Origin: an uncultured virus (IMG/VR IMGVR_UViG_3300046327_000028) | Taxonomy: Duplodnaviria > Heunggongvirae > Uroviricota > Caudoviricetes | Virus record (IMG/VR): IMGVR_UViG_3300046327_000028 | Length of the DNA: 20,000 bases | Reading direction: 5' to 3' (one strand) | Part shown: piece by piece, positions 8,501 to 16,400 of the stretch | How the letters are laid out: the number at the start of each line of letters is the position of its first letter | How positions within the stretch are numbered: the first letter of the stretch is position 1 | Position numbers and translations under genes: made by a program | The notes under the pieces: model-generated | Database searches by the model: none | What the model was told of the DNA's origin: nothing | The model's input: only the letters and a program-made list of their open reading frames with translations

Positions 8501-10438
8501 TTTATCAATTACTGCTCTACCGTTATTTAAAAATGTATTACCGATAGAAGAGATAGGAGCAAAGTCCATCTGTAAGTGAAGCTTACGAATAGCTTTGGCT
8601 AACTCTTGACGTTGTGTATCTTTTAAGTATTGTTGTTTAGGATCTACAATACGTCTAACAAACTTATCATATTGATCTCTCAATGCTTGAATCAATTTAT
8701 CTAAACGCTTGTTTCCAGTAGATTCAAAATCCACAGGCACAGGAAGTAAATATAGCTGTGTCTCTTTAGGATTGTCTAAATCACCAATCTCAACAGATTC
8801 TAAAAACAATGGACTATTGTAATCTTCTGGAATGAAGTTTTCATAGTTAGCTTTCATTGGAATCATTCGAGCTTTACGAATCTGAGAAGGTTTCAATCCA
8901 TAGCGTTGAAGTATTTTTACATACTCATTCATCTGCTTCTTGTACTCACCTTGTTTAAACCAAGGTACGTCTTCTGTTTTCTCTAAGTCAATAGTTGTAG
9001 TTTTCCAGTCTAACACCTCAACATAGAAAGATTTACCATCTTCAGTAGGAACAACAGCCATAAAGTCAAGTGTAGAAGCTACATCATCTTTCTCATTAAT
9101 TACATATTCTTCACTAATGAATCTAGTTCCTTCTGGATAAGAGTTAATTACTTTCTCCAAGAAACCATCTAATATTTCTGTAACTTCTGGACTTAGATTA
9201 GTTGTTGCTTTATAAGGAGTTGGTACAGGTTTTTTATAACCATCTTTGTCCAAGAAAGAATTCTTAGCCATCTGCTCAAGATAACTATGTACATCAGATC
9301 CCCAATATTGTTTTTGATTATCTATAAGCTTCTGAGCATCTGTACGAACAAACTTCTGTGACTCTAAACGTTTGATCCATTTAGTTACACTATGTTTAAT
9401 ACGTCTACCATCAATTGTATAGTGACGATCTTCTGGATCAGAATCAACCAAACGCATACGTTTAGCTATACCACTGAACTTATCAAAGAATCCATTTAAC
9501 TTTTCTTGTCCTGTTAGTTCTGTCTTTTGATATAAAACATCTTCACTACGAACATCATCTGCTGTACCAATCTCTTCTCCAGAGATAATCTTCATAGAGG
9601 CTTCATCAAATCCTGATGTAGAGAATAGATCACGTAATGACGCAATGATTGATTCCCACCAAGTTAATGCTTTCTCTAACAACTCAGGCTTTTGTGTAAT
9701 GCCTTCGTTCTGTTTGATCACAGTTTCAGATAACACTTTACCTATGGCTTCTGTTTTAAGTTTTACAATATCAGGTTTACCATCTTTACCTTGGTAATCA
9801 GGATCAGTTCCGTATTGATCTAATACTTGTTTGTAGATAGCGTAGTCATTGATCTCTTTCAACATCTTAGCAAATAGCTTAGGATATTTCTGTTTGATGA
9901 TCTCTACAGCCCAGTGCATGGTTTCTTCACCTAATGCAACATCTTCTTTACCATTAACAATCTGCACTAACTGTTGTGTAAACACAGCAGCACCGTTGGC
10001 ATTTTGTTTAACACCATCACTTACAATCTCATTTACATTAGAAATGCTAACACCAATACGATTTAAGAAATCCTTTAATAGTTTAATAGTTGCAGGAGAA
10101 GCAACAGATCCTTCTGTTCCTTCTTTTTGAAACATATAATTATCTGTGTATTCTATACCAGCTCTTTTTGCATCTTGTTTCTGAACATTAGCTGCTTCTC
10201 TTTCCTCAACACGTAACTCATGTGCATAGTATTTATCTACTAGCTCATCAGGTATATTGATGTCTCTAATAATTTCTCTATCAGCATTTTGAGAAAATGT
10301 AACAACTTGAAATCCAAAGTCTTTATTAACTTGCTCTGCTATACCTTTAGCAGCAGGCAAAGATCTATTGAAGCCAGGATCAGTCCTAGCTTCAATTGTA
10401 CCATTGATATTTTTTCTTATTTGTATTTTACAAGGCAT
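5522..10438 (-). CDS. Large putative virion cargo/ejection protein, 1638 aa: degenerate zincin-like domain + PD-(D/E)xK nuclease + helical C-terminal region
   Basis: EETMH (9928-9914) with downstream EAIG (9751-9740). Nuclease motifs SVT, GSDVH, SEE, TLDF, DWKT and QMNEY in the expected order. Starts 12 nt after the RNAP gene stop. Confidence 0.85.
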   Translation of the reverse strand: MPCKIQIRKNINGTIEARTDPGFNRSLPAAKGIAEQVNKDFGFQVVTFSQNADREIIRDINIPDELVDKYYAHELRVEEREAANVQKQDAKRAGIEYTDNYMFQKEGTEGSVASPATIKLLKDFLNRIGVSISNVNEIVSDGVKQNANGAAVFTQQLVQIVNGKEDVALGEETMHWAVEIIKQKYPKLFAKMLKEINDYAIYKQVLDQYGTDPDYQGKDGKPDIVKLKTEAIGKVLSETVIKQNEGITQKPELLEKALTWWESIIASLRDLFSTSGFDEASMKIISGEEIGTADDVRSEDVLYQKTELTGQEKLNGFFDKFSGIAKRMRLVDSDPEDRHYTIDGRRIKHSVTKWIKRLESQKFVRTDAQKLIDNQKQYWGSDVHSYLEQMAKNSFLDKDGYKKPVPTPYKATTNLSPEVTEILDGFLEKVINSYPEGTRFISEEYVINEKDDVASTLDFMAVVPTEDGKSFYVEVLDWKTTTIDLEKTEDVPWFKQGEYKKQMNEYVKILQRYGLKPSQIRKARMIPMKANYENFIPEDYNSPLFLESVEIGDLDNPKETQLYLLPVPVDFESTGNKRLDKLIQALRDQYDKFVRRIVDPKQQYLKDTQRQELAKAIRKLHLQMDFAPISSIGNTFLNNGRAVIDKIKHKDFSTMSLSEMQEVLKELNYVTEGASKYQEIADVFIYANKDKQLSEEEKQVLSDLERLATRTEALLADALTIRQLYVVQLSVNYGITREDPVESVKRAMAGEMIQEGSILNPERELSGFDKLMTEGANIASRAANLMQRIWDIGKNNTDRQVGLQIRAFEKVLLAAQKEAQAKGVDVFDLVGTRDGKGLPRYIEKLGTDFQEKINKAKENRDKEFFLNVIDKAKYDATAKEVLDNGILAIDSDPNLDDEEKARRIDRLKDRILIDRESFNGFYDGLFYKIFYDSIDTDKNASKEYKAMSPAALDLWKFIVEGLNAKAQDMGYIGKADSSFFALMDALLVDKFSDLNNVGGNLGDFFKDTYTVRVAEERALGKVNRETGKEVRDIPRYFTFTDRKAHQLSTDLTKVVPLWIKAINEYELRNQMDDVLLSIIAVDKNKGNLMTNKDNELLNDMGEPMVTAENRNIEYLQDIYNTYILGINQSENSISNKHIKVAFDKTGGLEEDKERRKLGAKKILGSLSTWTQMLGTALKLSVGIPNWFGVQFQAYINAGNFYRFREFEKNNARAIIPGLMSDMEKGLLDLIMPLNEDVATEERRKIAWKQSPVKWLKTWTFQDAMMVTSSLPEKRLQIANAMTFNENTMVLDGKLVNIRQYLIQQDRAAKYQMNESERAALEKTFEDRVQELKDTKSLLKIAEIKDDYVTIPGVSDEEIAKYRITVRDNYRDMSGQMSQEDKAGYTRDTMANAFMMFKGWIPKQISLRAKDIKYNVKQQRWEYGRTRLFGKLLFKYGKSTINRAIDIMNGTDEGLKIMQELLDAKRDDYFEKTGEELQITNEEFYDMMRKAVSDQFKEAQVVLLTLALYFGTKHFGDDDDEEDDLTKNRWKWLAKIMYKTAEEVNFYYNPLSVEGFTNGNLIPGMTIASKAMKIITTGTKEMYGTVTSDEELKEDTYFGKAVFDIIPGPSQFQKEILPYVWPAGAKEWGMKVSSEVQRR
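8900..9400 (-). other. PD-(D/E)xK (RecB/Cas4/lambda-exonuclease-like fold) nuclease domain
   Basis: SVT (9391-9383), GxxxH384 (9301-9287), E443 (9112-9110), D458 (9067-9065), D477-W-K479 (9010-9002), Q502xxxY506 (8935-8921). Confidence 0.8.
9640..10080 (-). other. Zincin-like metallopeptidase fold with EExxH in place of HExxH (boundaries approximate)
   Basis: NANGA..beta-strand..EETMH (aa 171-175), E230 in EAIGK, then a WWESIIASLRDLF helix like those ending phage zincin modules. Confidence 0.6.
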
Positions 10439-10450
10439 AGTTATAAACCG

Positions 10451-13400
10451 TTAACAAGTTTTAGGAGATCTATTAATAGCAGGTAATCCTTCTGGTTGAT
10501 TCTCATCGAATAAAGATAGTTGTGAAGATACAACTTTTTCTGTAGATTTCTTTGCAGGATTCAGTTGATTTTCTAAATCTTTAATCTCATTCATGATATT
10601 CTCATAAGGAGTCTTCCATGTATCAGGATAGTTAGATAAGAATTCTTCTAGTGCTTCTACTGCAAATGTATCATCAACTTCCATACTAGAAGCTTGGAAA
10701 GCTTGACTAGCTAATGAATCATAAGAGTATGCACCTTTTGTACTAGTGTATGCTCCGTTTGTACTAGCTGATCTTCTGTTTCTATCTACTAACTTATCAA
10801 ATGAACCAGGTTTAATTCTAGCTCCTGATTTGAAATAGTTATAGAAGATACCGTCTGTACTAAACTCAAATGCTTCAAGTTTATTCTTAGCCATTTCTAG
10901 CTTTTCAAGAATCTCAATGTTTGCAGGTTTCTGTTCTACAGGAGATGTTTCAGCAACTGGTTGAGCAGCTACAGGAGCTATAGAAGTTTCTGAATATCCT
11001 ACAAGCTTACCTTGGTTATCTAAAGCTTTAATGATTGCATCATCGCTGTATTCTTTATCTACCTTTACTGTACCATTGTTCAACTCAGACTTCTGTAATG
11101 TATTTTGATATTGAGTTAAGAATCTTCCATCACCATATAAGTTAACAAGCTTGAACACATATTGCTCAGGAGATGTTTTACTCATCTTCATCTTTACAGG
11201 CATTCCATTACGGTACTTAACTTTTTGGTAGCCATACACTTTGTTGTATATGTTCTCATCCTTCTGCAATTGTATAGCAAGATCAGATGGTTGTACTGTG
11301 TATCCTGATTCAAAATCAACAAGCTCTCCTTCTTTAGTATATGTTCCTCTTGTAATAGTTACAAAATCATAACCAGCTCCTTTAGATTTTAATCCTAATC
11401 CGATTAAATCTCTAGAAGATTCTTTGTTAGCTCCATTAAATGTTATAGCAGATGGGAAAGCATATGCTTCAATGATATCTCCAAATGGTAAATATATATC
11501 AGCTTCTGGAACACTTCTCATTGGAGGATTAATTCTAGGAGCAATGTTAGGATCATTGAAGTTAGTTCTTTGGAATCTAACATTCTCATAGAAATCTTTC
11601 AACCTGTTCTCTACACCTGGAGTGTTTATAGCTTTTGTAATCTCTGCGGATACATCCTCTTGAGGCATCACTTCTTTAAACGACACAGCTGTTTTGTATG
11701 TGCCTTGTACAATAGCAAGATTAAGAAGACTCTTATACAAGTCATTTGTTTCAGGATTATCTCTTAACTCTCTGAATGCTTCTGTATATCTATCAACATC
11801 AGCAGAACTATCAGCTGCTACTTTTAGAGCAATTGTAGAAGGAGCATTGATTGTCTTACCTGGAATAACTTCTAGATCTTGTAAGATCTTCATGTTAGGA
11901 TAAGCCTCTACAGCTTTCTGGAATTTATTAATTACAGAATCTTCACCATACACAAGATTAGGAATATCAAAGTTGATATTAGTTTGAATGATATAATCTA
12001 ATAATGATCCAGATAACTTATTTGCAATCTTAGAAAAATCAATTGGAGATATAAAATCATTCATCGCATACGTATCAATCACTTGATTAATAACTGCTCT
12101 GTAATCAGGAGTGTTAAAACGTAAGATTTTTCCAAGTCCTCTATTAGCTTTTGTAAGACCATCAACTAATGAACGCAAGTGTGTCTTATCTAATAGATCT
12201 TTAGCAGAAGAAATTCTAAAGCTATCTTGAGCAAACTTATATTGCGTAAGAGTTTTGATTTGCTTTCTTCTGAAATCATCAGCATTAGATGACTTGAATG
12301 TATCGTAGTTAGTAGCTTCTGTTATAATGAATAATCCATTAGCTGCTTTAGCTACACTAAAGAACTCTTGTAAGATTAATAACTGTTCAGCCTTTTGATC
12401 TTCTGTTAATTTCTCAACACCAATATTCTTATCAAGATTATTAACATCGATCTCTTCAGTTCTTTCTACAGCATCCTTTGATGCTGCATACTTCGATTTA
12501 ATAGAATCAATCAATGTAGACTTCTCTGCAGTCATCTCAGTTAGTATATACTTACCGTCTGCATCTGCTGTAGTTACAAAGTCTTTAACAATTGGTTGAT
12601 TCAAGAAGAACATAGCTTGCTTAATGTTAACTCCTGCTCGTGTTAAGAACATTGCAGGGCTTACAACTGCATTACTATAGATTAACTTAAAGATGAATGG
12701 ATCAGAACCAGCATCAGCAAATGCACTAGTAAACTCTGATAAGATATCAGAAATGTAGTTCTTAGTTCCTGCAAAGAAACGTTGAGAAAGATCTACTTTA
12801 CCATCAGCAGTTTTATTGTGTGGTAATGACATCTTAAATACATGATCTACAAACAATCCAGACTTCTGTGCAAGAGAAAGACCTGTAGTAGCAGTAGCAC
12901 TAATACCAATCCAGCTCTTACCCTTTTGGAAAGCGTAACGCAAGAATGACATATACTGTCTATCTAAAATTCTATTCTTGATCTTGCTCTCATCATAGTT
13001 TGTTAACTCATCCATTTTATTAGCAATACCCATTAGGGTATCTGTAGTGTTAGGAGTAGTTAAACGTTCGAAGTTTTCTGGAAGAGCTAATAAGTCATCG
13101 ATAGCTGAATAGTATTCATTCTCAATAGCTTGTCTGTACATTTTATCTACAGTATTTTGCTTATTGATAATCTTATCATTAAGTTCTTCTTGTCTAGTAG
13201 TTAGTTTTTGTCGGGCATCTACATCTTCAAGATCAACTTCTTCAAACTTTTTAGAAAGAAAGCGTTGTTCTTTGTCACTCAATTCATCAAACACTTGGCT
13301 ATAGAACTGCTTAGTAGCTTCTTCAGAACCTTTGTATTCAATAACTTTAATATTACCTTTAGAATCTTTGTACAATGCTTTCATGTACAGATTCAACTTA

Positions 13401-16400
13401 TCAATATCAAAGTCAGATCCTGCTTTAGTTGTGATCTCTGAAGGAACAACTACAGTGGTACCCATGAACTCAGGAAGAATTCCTTTGATCTTAATACGCT
13501 CCATTGAGTTCAATCCTTGTGTAGGAATACGGAATCCAATAGCAATCAATGCGTCTGGAGATGCTGTGTTTAAGTATTTAACAATAGCATCCTCATCAGA
13601 AAATCTTTTCTTATCACTAAATAAAGCTCTAGCCTGTGGAGTAAGTGTAACAAAAACTTGGCAGTAACGTAAGCCTTCCTCATCCTCATAGAACTTAAGA
13701 GTATCATCTGTAAGAACTTTCTTACCATTGATCTCTACAACTCTTCTACCTTTAGATAAATCTTCCCAACCTGTTACAGGAGTTTGTACAGCTGACATAC
13801 CATTAACCTTTGGAGAAATGATTCTCTTGTGGATAATAGAATATAACAAACGTACAATCTGCATGTAGTTAGGAGATGATTCTAATGGTGTATTAAAATC
13901 ACCAGTTTCAGGATTAATTTGAAGACTCTCAATTAAGTTATTAGATGCACCATCGTCAAGCAATTGCTTACGCAATACACTAGCTACTTTTTCTTTGTTA
14001 GCTAATACAAACTCACCATCCTCAATAGTAATACCTAACTCATTCAATAATGAATCAGCACCTTCTGTGTACAATCTCTTTAGAGCATTATCATGTCTCT
14101 CAACAGCTTCTTTAATAACTTGTTGTCTTTCAGGAGTATCACCAATAGCTTCACCACCAGAGAACAAGTCAATAGTAGCAATCTTAGTAGGTTGAGAACC
14201 TAACGTCTGACCTTTCTTATCTTTGTATCCTGTTTCAACTTGAATACCATAAGCTGTGAATGGAATCTGAATTAAGTTATTCATTGGCTCATCATTGATT
14301 TTGCCATCCTTGTATAACTCATACATTGATTCTATACCAAACTTAGCACCTGATTGCATTACAACGTAATCAAGTTTCTCATTAAACATCTTGATAAATA
14401 CATCCTCAAGAGCAGTACCTTCTATAGCTTCAAAGTATAGAGGCATTTGTGACATCTTGTGTCCGATAAGATCAATATTAGTTGCATTAAGTTTGACACC
14501 AGCTACAATAGGTTTAGTTACATCTATAACAAACTTAGGAGAAGGCTTAGATGTTAACTCCTCATCGTATTTCTTTAATGCAGGTTTATCTTTATATCCT
14601 TTGTATACTGGTTCTCCATTTACTTGTCTAGCAGCTAGTTTTTTTCTAGCATAAGCCATTTGCCAGTTGTGGAAATCATTAGCTTGATCACTCCACTGAC
14701 CGTTCTTAGTTTTAACTTCTCTATAGAATCCTGCATCCATGTAAGAGAAACCATCAGCCTCCTTAGTGTCTACGCCTGGATACAATCCACCTTCTATAAT
14801 AACCTCTTCAATTACTGCTGTATTGATGTATGATTTACTTTCATGATATCCGTAATCTGTATCATCTAAATCAATATAGTTATCATCTTCAAGCTCAATT
14901 GCATTGTTAGATTCATTTAACCAACTATTCAATGCAGGGTAATCAATAGCAAACTTTCTTGGAGACAAGAACATCTTGATACGCTTAGTCTCTTCTAAAA
15001 TTACTTTACCATTCTTCTCCTTAACTCCAAATTGATACGGATCACCAAATATAATTTTGTGAAATTCAATATTGTTTAAGATGTAATTACTTGAAAGGAA
15101 TTCAGAAATAAGATTCAAATCTCCTTCAGTCATCTTATTTGCATTGATTCCACTAATTGCTTTAATGTCATCTTGGAAAAGTGCATCCAATTTCTTGAAT
15201 GAATAGAACACTTCACCCTCTTTAGATTGAGGAGAAGTAGTTACTAACTTAAGATCTTTAAGTTTATTAGTTACATCTTCTGCAGAATCACTTAGATACT
15301 TTGTAATGCTTTCTGTAATCTTAGCATCGTTAGTAGATAATACTTCTTGTAATTCATTTCTGAATTTCTTTTCTTTAAGATCACCTGATACACGTTGCTC
15401 AATCAAAGAAGTGATTTCATTATTCAAACTTTCTGGAAGGATGTCTTTAAAGAAACGTAATTCTGTAGCTTTTTTCTCAACGTTCAATAATTTCTTTCTA
15501 TTCTTAGCATCTAAAGCTAATTCAATATCAGCATCTAAATGCTTTCTCATCATGGCAATAGCTTCCTCAGATCCTCTACCTTCAGCAAATTGCTTATAAG
15601 AAATACGATTACCTAAGTTCATCATCCACTCTGTAGATGAATCTGCAGGAATTAAGATGTAATAACTACCCTTGATGTTTTGATTGATTTGTGTAATGTA
15701 GCTATCAGCTTCACTCATTCCTGAGATACCAGAACCTTCATTCTCATCTGTATCAATCTCACCAGAGATTACTTGAACTCTTAACTCAGTGATGTTACCA
15801 TCTTCATCTACAATTCTTTCGCCATCCTCATTAAAGAATAATCCTCCTTGTTTTAAAATGTCAGAACTTGCAGAGAATACATCTAGCAAATGAGGCATCT
15901 TATCTTTGATCTCAGACAAGTTCATGATTGAATTGAACTGATACTCAAATACTGAAGGATAGTTGCTCTCAGTCAAAGTATTGATGCGCTTACCCTCAGC
16001 GTTGTAGATGCTATTGTTTTGATTTGGCATTTCTACAGCTGTAAATAAATCAGCTAGTCTAGCAATACCATTTCCTAATGTTTTGAATTTACCTTTCTTT
16101 AATGAAACAACACCTTTCTTCTTACCAGAAGTGATGTCAGCTTTCATTTTGATTACAGCTTTCTCAAACTCTTTCTTCTGTACATCACTTAATTTATCAT
16201 AGATAGATGGAGTGAATGTAATACCGATCTTGTTAAGGAAGTCAATAGAGTTTTCTGGGATGTTATCACCATCTACTTCATATTGTTTTTGCTCTCTATT
16301 GTATTTAATAATAGATGATTCAATCTTAGAAGCTATGATCATGTTATTGATCCAACGCTTCTCAACTTGCTTAGCACCTGTAGATAAATCAGCAGCACCG

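Noticed and set aside
8900..9400. Cas4 / CRISPR-associated system
   Set aside because: No Fe-S cysteines, no repeat-spacer array and no cas genes in the window. The fibre repeats are coding and irregularly spaced.
12698..14760. Intein or self-splicing intron in the RNAP core
   Set aside because: The frame is continuous, RIPTQ-to-DFDID spacing is compact (39 aa), and I saw no intein terminal motifs or homing-endonuclease signature.
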